Shown here piece after piece: positions 8,215 to 16,800 of a stretch of DNA of 64,000 nucleotides. The translations under genes and the position numbers were made by a program. The notes beneath the pieces were generated by a model. That model saw only the letters and a program-made list of their open reading frames with translations, searched no databases and was not told the origin of the DNA. Positions within the stretch are counted from its first letter, which is position 1. Each line of letters opens with the position of its first letter. This DNA is from Candidatus Undinarchaeales archaeon (GTDB taxonomy: Archaea; SpSt-1190; JASMDC01): positions 21,674 through 85,673 of the forward strand of contig JASMDC010000011.1 of NCBI GenBank assembly GCA_030753015.1, given 5' to 3'.

Positions 8215-8650
8215 TGGAGGGATGCTCAAGGGCCTTCAAGCGGTATTAAGAGGCGACGCTCATCTGGAGCGATCAGTGGGATGCCTTCATCGGTCTGCTC
8301 CGCAACACGGCTGTAGCGGCCTGGGCGGAGCTGGTCGAGGTGGGCCCGAGGAACACATCACCGATATGCAGCTCGTGCGGGACATAGTTACCAGGGCGCA
8401 GACCCGCGTCCATCGATGCCCGCACTGCGGGTTCGAGGCGTATCCGGATGTGAACGTCGCAGAGAACATACTCGTAGAAACTAGGGCTGGACGAGCCCGA
8501 AGTCACGCCTGTGGAGATCCCGCCTATACTCCCGCCATAGACGGGGGGGGGCAAGCGGAATCGCAGAAGCAGGAACTATACGCGGTGAGCCCATCGGGGC
8601 GATATACGCTGGAAGCCCGTGGATTTTATCCACGGGAGGATGTCACGATC
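8215..8650 (+). mobile_element. 5'-truncated, frameshifted IS200/IS605-family TnpB (OrfB) remnant with its right-end hairpin
   Basis: Frame A reads GMLKGLQ...WDAFIGLLRNTAVAAWAELVEVGPRNTSPICSSCG. Frame B reads RVHRCPHCGFEAYPDVNVAENIL, the RuvC-III/Zn-finger region of TnpB. TPVE and EA..G tail motifs are present. No N-terminal half and no TnpA. Confidence 0.8.
8616..8636 (+). repeat. Perfect 9-bp-stem hairpin CCCGTGGAT-TTT-ATCCACGGG (IS605-type right-end/omega-RNA-like terminal hairpin)
   Basis: Inverted repeat read directly from the sequence, located at the 3' end of the TnpB remnant. Confidence 0.7.
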
Positions 8651-8729
8651 GCTCCACAAGCAAGAATGGCACCTTGCCCCGGACATCGAGGGCATGATAC
8701 AGGATGACCACTTTATCAGTGGGATGATG

Positions 8730-9686
8730 TCACAGCCACTCCTGTTTGATGAAGTACACGACCGCCACTGCGGAGAACAACAGGCAGATGAGCATGATGA
8801 TCCAGAACGCGTGGGGCGTCTGGTCGAGGGGCAGGGTGACGTTCATCCCGTAGATGCTCGACACGAGGGTGGGGAGCGAGAGGATGATGGTGATGGACGT
8901 GAGTATCTTCATCACCGTGTTGAGGTTGTTCGAGACCACCGATGAGTACGTCTCCATCGTCCCCTGGAGGATGTTCGAGAAGATGTTGGCCATCTCGACG
9001 CATTGCTGGTTCTCGACGATGAGGTCGTCGAGAATATCCTCGTCCTCCTCGTAGAGCTTGACGACCTTGCCCTGGGACAGGCGTGCGAGCACGTTCCCGT
9101 TGCCCACGATGCCCGTGCGGAAGTAGATGAGGTCCTTCTGCAGCTCCATGAGCTCGATGATCTCCTCGTTCCGGATGGAGCTGAGAAGACCCGTCTCGAT
9201 GTTCTGCATCTCCCGCTCGATGCTGGCCAGGTGGCGGAGGTAGGCGACGATAGTGCGTGAGATGACCTGGAGGAGGAACAGCGTCGTCTTTGAGGTGGCG
9301 AACGATCGCACCTTGTCCTCCCTGAACGAGTGGAGCACCGTCTCGTCCTCGAGGCAGACTGTGATGACGTGCTCCTCCGCGAGGATGATGCCGAGGGGGA
9401 GGGTGGACAGCTTGAGCCTGCCGCCTTCCTTCTCGCTCTTGATGGGGATGCGGATGATGAACAGGCGGCTTCCCGGTTCGATGTCGAGGCGGGAACGCTC
9501 GTCGTCGTCGAGGGGGAAGAGCATGTGGTCCTCTACAGCGGTGGTGTTCCCGAGCACCTTCCCCATCTCATCAGGGGTCGGTCGGACCAGGTCGACCCAG
9601 TCGCCGGGCTTGACGTCGTCGACGAGCTGGAGGGTCTCGTCCGCAGCGTGCTTGCGGTAGATACGCATCATGGTAAACGACCCCAC
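8730..9686 (-). CDS. corA: CorA-family magnesium/cobalt transporter
   Basis: 318-aa ORF. YGMN signature between two C-terminal transmembrane helices, plus a large soluble N-domain. Confidence 0.9.
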   Translation of the reverse strand: MGSFTMMRIYRKHAADETLQLVDDVKPGDWVDLVRPTPDEMGKVLGNTTAVEDHMLFPLDDDERSRLDIEPGSRLFIIRIPIKSEKEGGRLKLSTLPLGIILAEEHVITVCLEDETVLHSFREDKVRSFATSKTTLFLLQVISRTIVAYLRHLASIEREMQNIETGLLSSIRNEEIIELMELQKDLIYFRTGIVGNGNVLARLSQGKVVKLYEEDEDILDDLIVENQQCVEMANIFSNILQGTMETYSSVVSNNLNTVMKILTSITIILSLPTLVSSIYGMNVTLPLDQTPHAFWIIMLICLLFSAVAVVYFIKQEWL

Positions 9687-9762
9687 CTAGGGCTCGGCGC
9701 CCTTTCTGGCGCGGAACATAAGAAAAGCATTTAACCTTGTCCTTGGCCGGGCAGCAGCGCCT

Positions 9763-10293
9763 TCAGGCCGTCTCCCAGGGCAGTTCTGGGCCTAGGGCGT
9801 CGAGGAACCACGCGTTGAGCCGACGCACGCGGTCGGTGGCCGTGTGGTCGGAGCCGAGCTCACGGATGAACCGTGCTTCCGCCTCCTCGGGGGTACCGAC
9901 ACGAACGCCGAACACCAGGTTGTCGGCGAAGGCGACCACCCGCTCCTCCAGGCTCTCGGGCAGATAGTCGCGTACCGGCAGGCCCACCGTGGACGCCTCC
10001 TTCCGGTCGATACCGGCGCCGATATGAACTAGGGCGATCCGCGCGATGGTCTCGTCCTCGTCGCGGAGAATGCGGTAGCCCTCGAGACAATGATCGATCC
10101 CGTGGGAGCGAGACCGGCCGATGTCGTGGAGCAGGGCGCCCGTCTCCACCAGCGCCACGTCAACAGGATGCCCGCGACCTCTCAGTGTCTCGGCGACCCG
10201 GCAGGCCAGCCGTGCCACCGTCCGGGAATGGTCGATGACGTGGGCCTCGAGACCTGACGAGGTCAGGAGCTCCTCAGCCCGTTCCCTGGTCAC
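9763..10293 (-). CDS. HD-domain metal-dependent phosphohydrolase
   Basis: C-terminal 176 codons of track ORF 9763-10581. LLHDIGR HD motif. GTG at 10293 (TTG at 10299) gives a 20-nt overlap with the HIT gene. The longer N-extension would lie inside the HIT CDS. Confidence 0.8.
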   Translation of the reverse strand: MTRERAEELLTSSGLEAHVIDHSRTVARLACRVAETLRGRGHPVDVALVETGALLHDIGRSRSHGIDHCLEGYRILRDEDETIARIALVHIGAGIDRKEASTVGLPVRDYLPESLEERVVAFADNLVFGVRVGTPEEAEARFIRELGSDHTATDRVRRLNAWFLDALGPELPWETA

Positions 10294-10768
10294 CGGCAAG
10301 GATGTCCCTCCGCGCCCGGAGCTTCTCGACCACCGTGTCCAGGGGCTCGAGCTGGATGCGGGTTCCTGCCGCGATGTCCATGAAGCCCATCTCGTTCGGG
10401 TACCGGGGGACCACGTGAGCATGGAGGTGGGGGATGCTCGCTCCCGAGAACACTCCTTGGTTGATACCGATGTTGAAGCCCTTGGGCGTGAACACCTCCT
10501 CGAGCAGCTGAACGCTCCGTTCCATGAGGGTGTAGAACGACCCGCGCTCGTCGGACCGGAGGTCGGCCAGGGTCTCGACATGCCGCAAGGGGATGATGAG
10601 GAGGTGACCGGGATTGTACGGGTAGATGTTCAGCACGACCATCGTGTGATCGTTGCGGTACACCTCGTAGTCGGGATCGGCCCCTTCGCGAACAGCACAG
10701 AGGATGCATCCCTCTGGCCGCTCCCCGCGGACGTACTCTCCCTTCCATGGAACGGTGAGATACGTCAT
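10274..10768 (-). CDS. HIT-family (histidine triad) nucleotide hydrolase/transferase
   Basis: 164-aa ORF. HLHAHVVP histidine triad and N-terminal CILCA motif. 4-nt overlap with the upstream NFACT gene. Confidence 0.9.
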   Translation of the reverse strand: MTYLTVPWKGEYVRGERPEGCILCAVREGADPDYEVYRNDHTMVVLNIYPYNPGHLLIIPLRHVETLADLRSDERGSFYTLMERSVQLLEEVFTPKGFNIGINQGVFSGASIPHLHAHVVPRYPNEMGFMDIAAGTRIQLEPLDTVVEKLRARRDILAGDQGTG

Positions 10769-11889
10769 GATGCGTCCTCCAGCTTCAGGACGATCCGTCC
10801 CTCGTCCTCCTTGATCTCCACGACCGCCTTGGCCTCGGGGAGACCGGCCTTGCTCCCCTCCTCCAGTCGCTCCTTGATCTCGTCCCAGCCCAGGCGCCGC
10901 CGGGCCGCGAGCAGGTTCGCAAGGATGTTCTCCACGAGCTGGAGGTTGGCGAAGATGAGGTCGCCGCGTTTGCGGTCCTCCACGGACGAGGCCTTGAACC
11001 CATCGAGGAAGCGCTCCTGTTTCGCAAGCGTCTCTTCCAGCGAGCGAACCTTCGATTGGCGCTTATCCTCGGCCGCCTTCTCGGCCCTGCCACCGGCGTG
11101 CTCCGTGTAGTGGTCGTCCAGGGCCTGGTTGAATGTGTCGAACGTCTCGCGTTCGGTCTCCCCGTCGATCAATAGCTTGAGCGGTGCAGGTCTCCCCCCG
11201 GTAGGCGTGTTCGGCGAGAGCTCGCCCTCGATCGCCTCGAGGAAGGCGGTCAGGAACGGGAACACCTTCCGCGCTACTTCTTCTGTGGTTGGCGCGTCCT
11301 TCTCAACGCTCGCGCGCAGGCACACCTCTTCTGCATACCTCCCACCGAGCCCGACCTCAACGGCCAGAGCGCGGACGAGGTCCCGTTCGGACGCGGCGAG
11401 CAGCTGGACGAAACCCTCCTCGTCAAGATCGTAGGGATCACTGGAGATGCTTGGCGGATACTCGTAGGACCTCCCGTGGAGCACGTCCCTGTCCCGCCAT
11501 CGCTGACGGGAGAGGAGACCGATGATGAGGCCCTCAGGGCCTAGAAGGGCCAGGTTGCCCTTGCTGAAGAGCTCGAGCAGGAGCACGCGTTCTCCAAGGT
11601 CGACCTCGACGATGCGATCGAAGCCGTACTGACGCACCTCCTTGATAACCTGGCCGCTAAGGTGCTTACGCAGCTGCATGGCGAGGGCCGTCGCCTGGAT
11701 GGGGGCGCTCCTGCGCGTGACGCTGAGGTGGACGCTCCTGCCGGGGACCACGACCAGTTCGGCCTGGCCCGTCAGACGGGAGTAGAGGCGGATGCGGACC
11801 TCGTCCTCGAACTGGAACACCTTGTCCACACGAGCCCCCTCGAGGACCGCCAGCTCCTTGACGACAGCACGCACGTCAGGGCTGCTCAT
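10765..11889 (-). CDS. NFACT-N domain protein (Rqc2/Tae2/FbpA family) lacking the NFACT-R module
   Basis: 374-aa ORF. The N-terminus (VKELAVLEGARVDKVFQFEDEVRIRLY...LLLELFSKGNLAL) is typical of NFACT-N, followed by HhH-like and coiled-coil regions. The ORF ends before any DUF814-like segment. Confidence 0.75.
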   Translation of the reverse strand: MSSPDVRAVVKELAVLEGARVDKVFQFEDEVRIRLYSRLTGQAELVVVPGRSVHLSVTRRSAPIQATALAMQLRKHLSGQVIKEVRQYGFDRIVEVDLGERVLLLELFSKGNLALLGPEGLIIGLLSRQRWRDRDVLHGRSYEYPPSISSDPYDLDEEGFVQLLAASERDLVRALAVEVGLGGRYAEEVCLRASVEKDAPTTEEVARKVFPFLTAFLEAIEGELSPNTPTGGRPAPLKLLIDGETERETFDTFNQALDDHYTEHAGGRAEKAAEDKRQSKVRSLEETLAKQERFLDGFKASSVEDRKRGDLIFANLQLVENILANLLAARRRLGWDEIKERLEEGSKAGLPEAKAVVEIKEDEGRIVLKLEDAS

Positions 11890-12356
11890 CGGCTCTGCCG
11901 TGATCTACCACCCCCGATCTTTAGCATCCATCCCAGTTCGCGCTCGCCGTACCGTCCCCATGCGTCACCGACGCCCTCCCGCTCATCCTTATGGATGATG
12001 AGGGCCATGAGATTTACTGAGACCGCAGCGAGGACGGTCAGGTCACGGACATCCTTCATGTCAGCGTCCCGGCCAAGGATGCGGAGAGCGCTCACGGCAC
12101 AAGAGTTCACCTTGCGAAGGATCCCGTGGTCCTCATCCTGCGGGGACGGCCATGGATTGTGGTCCACCTCGATCCCGAACCGCTCACGGAGATATGAGGG
12201 CTCGAACACGCGCTCCACCCGTTCATCGTCGACGAAGAGCTTGTAGTTCGCGATGGCATCCGATCGTGAGTCGAGCACAGCGATCTCCTCCATCGTGGGA
12301 ACGCGTCCCTGCTCGAACACGGCACGGAGGACGTCGTTCGGGCGGATCCGGGGCAT
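11886..12356 (-). CDS. Hypothetical protein, first gene of the NFACT-HIT-HD operon
   Basis: 156-aa ORF with ATGA overlap to the NFACT gene. No motif recognised. Confidence 0.55.
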   Translation of the reverse strand: MPRIRPNDVLRAVFEQGRVPTMEEIAVLDSRSDAIANYKLFVDDERVERVFEPSYLRERFGIEVDHNPWPSPQDEDHGILRKVNSCAVSALRILGRDADMKDVRDLTVLAAVSVNLMALIIHKDEREGVGDAWGRYGERELGWMLKIGGGRSRQSR

Positions 12357-12377
12357 GGTCGGGAGGAGGGCACACCA

Positions 12378-12387
12378 CTTAAAAAAT
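12378..12387 (+). promoter_or_regulatory. TATA-like box
   Basis: CTTAAAAAAT lies 25 nt upstream of the ATG at 12412, consistent with a leaderless or short-leader mRNA. Confidence 0.45.
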
Positions 12388-12411
12388 GTTACCTACGGCA
12401 ATTGGACTGAA

Positions 12412-13278
12412 ATGCGCGTCGGTGTCGCCGTCTTCACGACCGCCGAGTTCTCAATGGACGATGTTGTCCAGAGGCTGGACGACATCGAGCGCTTGGGCGT
12501 GGGCCATGCCGAGCTGCGGTTCGGTGACGTGCCATTGGCGCGTGAGGGCTCACGCTTCAATCCTCGGGCCCTGACAGAGTTCCAGGACATCCTCTCCTCT
12601 TACAGCCTAACCCTCTCGGCCCACGCCGCCATCTACCAGGACGGGTTCCGGCTCAATCCTGCGCACCCGTCTGCGAGCGTACGCCGCAGGAGCCTTGAGC
12701 TTCTCCGCCTCTACCTCGACACCTGCGAACGGCTCGACGCGTCCCCGCTCATCACGCACCTCGGGAAGGTGTTCCCGGACGGAAAGGACGACGAGTGGCT
12801 CAAGGGGGGCGAGGCCGTAGCGGAGGCGAAGCGCACGGTGCCAGCACTGGCACACGATTCATCGGTCCCGCTGGTGATAGAGAACTCGAACGTCGATCCA
12901 GTCCGAGTGGCCGTGTTCGAGCGCCCCGAGGAGGTCGCCGACCTCGAGTTCCCGGTATGTCTGGACATCGGTCACGGATGGGTGTCCTCATCATACCATG
13001 GGTTCGAGCCCGAGGAGTTCGTACGGCTCCTAAAGAAGCGCATCGTCCACCTCCACGTCCACGACAATCTGGGGCGAGTCCATCCCGAAGGGGAGAGCAA
13101 TCCCGAGGAGGGATGGGGCGACATACACCTGCCCATCGGGAAGGGGACATGCCCTGTGGAGCGCTTCCTCAAGGGACTCCGCGGATTCCGTGGCACGGTC
13201 GTGCTCGAGCAAGATCCGTTCAATCCAGAAGACGTACCGCCGGTAGTGCGACGGGTACGACAGCTCCTCGATGGGTGA
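12412..13278 (+). CDS. Sugar phosphate isomerase/epimerase (xylose isomerase-like TIM barrel, AP endonuclease 2 superfamily)
   Basis: Internal ATG of track ORF 12253-13278, whose N-extension overlaps the divergent gene. Motifs HLHVHDN and VLEQDP are typical of the fold. Confidence 0.75.
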   Translation: MRVGVAVFTTAEFSMDDVVQRLDDIERLGVGHAELRFGDVPLAREGSRFNPRALTEFQDILSSYSLTLSAHAAIYQDGFRLNPAHPSASVRRRSLELLRLYLDTCERLDASPLITHLGKVFPDGKDDEWLKGGEAVAEAKRTVPALAHDSSVPLVIENSNVDPVRVAVFERPEEVADLEFPVCLDIGHGWVSSSYHGFEPEEFVRLLKKRIVHLHVHDNLGRVHPEGESNPEEGWGDIHLPIGKGTCPVERFLKGLRGFRGTVVLEQDPFNPEDVPPVVRRVRQLLDG

Positions 13279-13326
13279 CCGCCGCCCCAGAAACCTTTAT
13301 CAATCCCACACGTCCCTGCATGCGCT

Positions 13327-13749
13327 ATGACCGACCCCAATGCCGCCGAAATGCAGCAGCGGCTCTACGAGATCGAGATCCTCAAGGAGAGGGCCCAGCA
13401 GATCCAGCTCCAGCTCATGAAGGTCGCCGAGACGCGTGAGAGCCTCGCGTTGACCAATGATGCGCTCGAGCGGCTCAAGGACCTGAAGAAGGGTAGCGAG
13501 GCGCTCATCCCCATCGGCTCGGGCGTGTACGTCTACACCAAGCTCGAGGATACCAAGAAGGTCATGGTCAACATCGGGGGCGTCGTGGGGAGCAGGAGCA
13601 TCCCCGACAGCATCACGTTCATCGATAAACAGCTCGAGAACCTCGAGAAGGGACAGGAAGGCCTGGAGAAGACCTTCAACGAGCTCAACGAGAACCTCCA
13701 GCAGCTCAAGCTGAGCATGCAGATGGAGCAGATCCCGCAGATGATGTGA
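13327..13749 (+). CDS. pfdA: Prefoldin subunit alpha
   Basis: 140-aa ORF. Coiled-coil ends flank the central beta-hairpin region LIPIGSGVYVYTKLEDTKKVMVNIG. Confidence 0.85.
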   Translation: MTDPNAAEMQQRLYEIEILKERAQQIQLQLMKVAETRESLALTNDALERLKDLKKGSEALIPIGSGVYVYTKLEDTKKVMVNIGGVVGSRSIPDSITFIDKQLENLEKGQEGLEKTFNELNENLQQLKLSMQMEQIPQMM

Positions 13750-13835
13750 TACGACCGCCCCGGTCGTGCGAAGGTTGAACGCGGGATAGCCGGAGAGCGA
13801 AAGGTAGTTATTCCAGCACGGCCTCATCTTCTAGT

Positions 13836-16800
13836 ATGAGGGGGGGAAGACTAGTTCGTAGGGTATTGGTCGTTCTCCTAATCAATGTACTCATTGCCAT
13901 CCTGGCCCATGGAGCCGTGGACGACGGCCTCATAGCGCACTGGACGTTCGACGAAGGCCGCGGCTCGACCGTCAATGATCATAGCGAGTACGGAAACCAC
14001 GGGACCGTGGACAGAGCGACATGGACTGCAGGCGTTTCCGGCGACGCCCTGTCCTTCAATGGGGAGAGCAGCAGTGTGCGGGTCTTGGATTCAGACAGCC
14101 TGGATGTCACTGTCGGGCTCACCATCGCTGCGTGGATCAACGCCGTGGCGTTCTTCGGCGAGGGCGACCACAATGGGAATCCCATCGTCACCAAATGGGA
14201 AACTACGAGGAACGGCGTCCCCATCGGACAGTACCACCTCTCGCTCTACGAAGGGGGAAATATCATCTTCCGGGTGGCCGGGGACACCGAACTCGACGAG
14301 CTCGTCGCCGAGCAAGTGGTGGATGTCGGCGGATGGTCCCATATCGCGGCCTCATGGGATGGGCGCATAATGAGGTTGTACGTGAACGGAAGCGTGGTGG
14401 CCGAGAAATCGTCCAAGGTCGCAACCATCCAGAACCGTGAGTACGGAGGGGACGACCTCAAGATCGGTCAAGACACGGGAGGGTGGGATCCGCCGGGCTG
14501 GTATTTCCATGGGGCCATCGACGACGTGCGTATCTACGGGAGAGCGCTGACGGCGGATGAGGTGACAGACCTGCACACGATAGTGGAGAGAGATGCGGGG
14601 ATGGGACCAACTATGCCTAGTTCCTTGTACGATGGCCTCCCACCCAATGGCCCCCTCGACCTCTCGACTTTTGTAGTCCATTTCGGCGATGATCCAACCC
14701 ACCCCTGCACGTCCTGGGACAATGAGGTTTCTCCGTCGCGGATCACGCTCAAATGCGATCACGCTTCAGCCTGGTGGTCGGCAGTGGCCCTGCGGGAGGT
14801 GGACGTCAGCGATTACAGTCGGATGCGGCTGACGGGTACGATCACGTCATCGCCAGCCATCGAGCGGGATTACCATTCGGTGCTAGTGGTCCTCCCGGGA
14901 CGGGTGACCTGCGAGGACGGGGATAGGTACTCGCTATGCTCTCTTGACGGCGAGCCCCTGCAAGGCGTCACCGACGGCGTTGGGTGGGGCCGATGGGACG
15001 AGGCCGCGATCGCCTACTGCAATGTCCGCACGAACGAGGCTGACAGGGAGTGCGAGCTCGACGCGGATGTATCTGGACTTGATACGGTCACGATCGTCTA
15101 TCTGTTCTCCGACGGTTGGATTATCTGGAGTGATCTGCACGGAACGCTCTCGGACGCGACTATCGAGCTGGTGCCTGAGGCTTTGGACGATAAGGGTAGC
15201 GACTGGCCCATGATCCAGCGGAATCCGGCGCGCACGGGATACACGGATGATGAGGTCCGGCCCCCCCTCAAGCTCGCATGGAGGTACAAGACAAACGAGG
15301 TCGTACGCTCCTCCCCTGCCGTCGTTAATGGAACCGTGTACGTAGGATCGTTTGACAATCACGTGCATGCGATCGACGCGACCACCGGTGAGTCGATATG
15401 GAAGTACCGTACAAAGGACACGATATACTCCTCTCCAGCGCTGTCCGACGGCAGTCTCTACATCGGCTCACACGACGGTTATCTCTATTCTTTGGACGCG
15501 GCCACAGGAGAGCTCAATTGGAAGTACCAGATGGGTTATTTCTTCAACTGGGACAAGGTCCCCGGTGACGATGAGGGCCGGTTCCGTGATTATTTTTCAG
15601 GGAACAGGGTAGTCGATTGGGCGGACCGGGCCAAGATAACGAAAGCCGATGACAAGATGTCCATCACGGTCACATCGGACGGCGACAGCATCACCATATA
15701 CCTCAATAAAGAACGGTCCGAGGCGACCATTACAAGAAAGCAGCCCACGGGGCTTAGCATGTGGAACTTCCCCGTGTCAGTGGTGAACAACGAAACGATC
15801 GTGTACTATCCCAATGTCGCTGTCACTTCATCGCCCGTGGTATATGACGATACGGTGTACATCAACTCGGTCGACTACCTCTATGCCTTGGACGCGGGCA
15901 CTGGAGGGCTCAGATGGAGGTATGACTCCGACCATGTGCTCGATGAGTATCCCGCGATCCACGACGGCCTTGTCTTTATTCCCACCACCGATGGACATGT
16001 TCACGCGATCGATGCGGATACAGGCGTTGGGATGTGGAAGAAAAGGCTAGGTAACAGCAGCATCACCTCGGTCTCCGTGATCCGCGGGATCGTGTACGCG
16101 GGCTCAAAGGACCATTTCATCTATGCACTTGATGCCGCCAATGGGAACCAATTATGGAAATTTGAGACCGGAGGTAAGATCCACTCCGCTCCCGCCATTG
16201 ATGATGAACGCGTGTTCATCGGATCGGACGACGGTTTTGTGCATGCACTGGACGCGTCTACAGGCGAGGAAAGAGCGAGGTACTGGATCGGTATCTGGGT
16301 GTATTCGGCCCCTGCAGTATCTGGTGGGACCGTGTACATATCCTCACTCGATAATTCGATCTATGCCGTGGACATCGAGACAGAGGAGCAAACTTGGAGA
16401 TACGAAACGGGTGGGAGGATATCATCGTCCCCTGCCGTCTCCAACGGTATGATCTACGTGGGCTCCGACGATGAGTACTTGTACGCTTTCAGGGGCTGTC
16501 GACCGTCCGAAGGCTGCTGTTCCGACGCCGATTGTGAGCAGGATATGACCTGCACCTCGCGCGAATGCCTTCCCCGCGACTGTGGTGAGCTAGAAACCTG
16601 TGGTAACGAGTGCGTCAATCCGACGGCAGGCCGATGCTGCAAAGACGCGTGGTACCCCGGTGCCGAGTGCTGCGCAAACGATGACTGCGACGCAGGGACG
16701 ATATGCGTGTCCGGCACGTGCTCACGGATGAGCACCTTCACCCCTTCGACCGACAGCCCCTGGCTCCTGGATGTTCTGGACCTCGGTCCGTTCGAGATCA

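Noticed and set aside
8542-8550. G9 homopolymer inside the TnpB remnant, considered as a phase-variation tract
   Set aside because: It lies in an already disrupted pseudogene tail, so slippage there has no obvious coding consequence.
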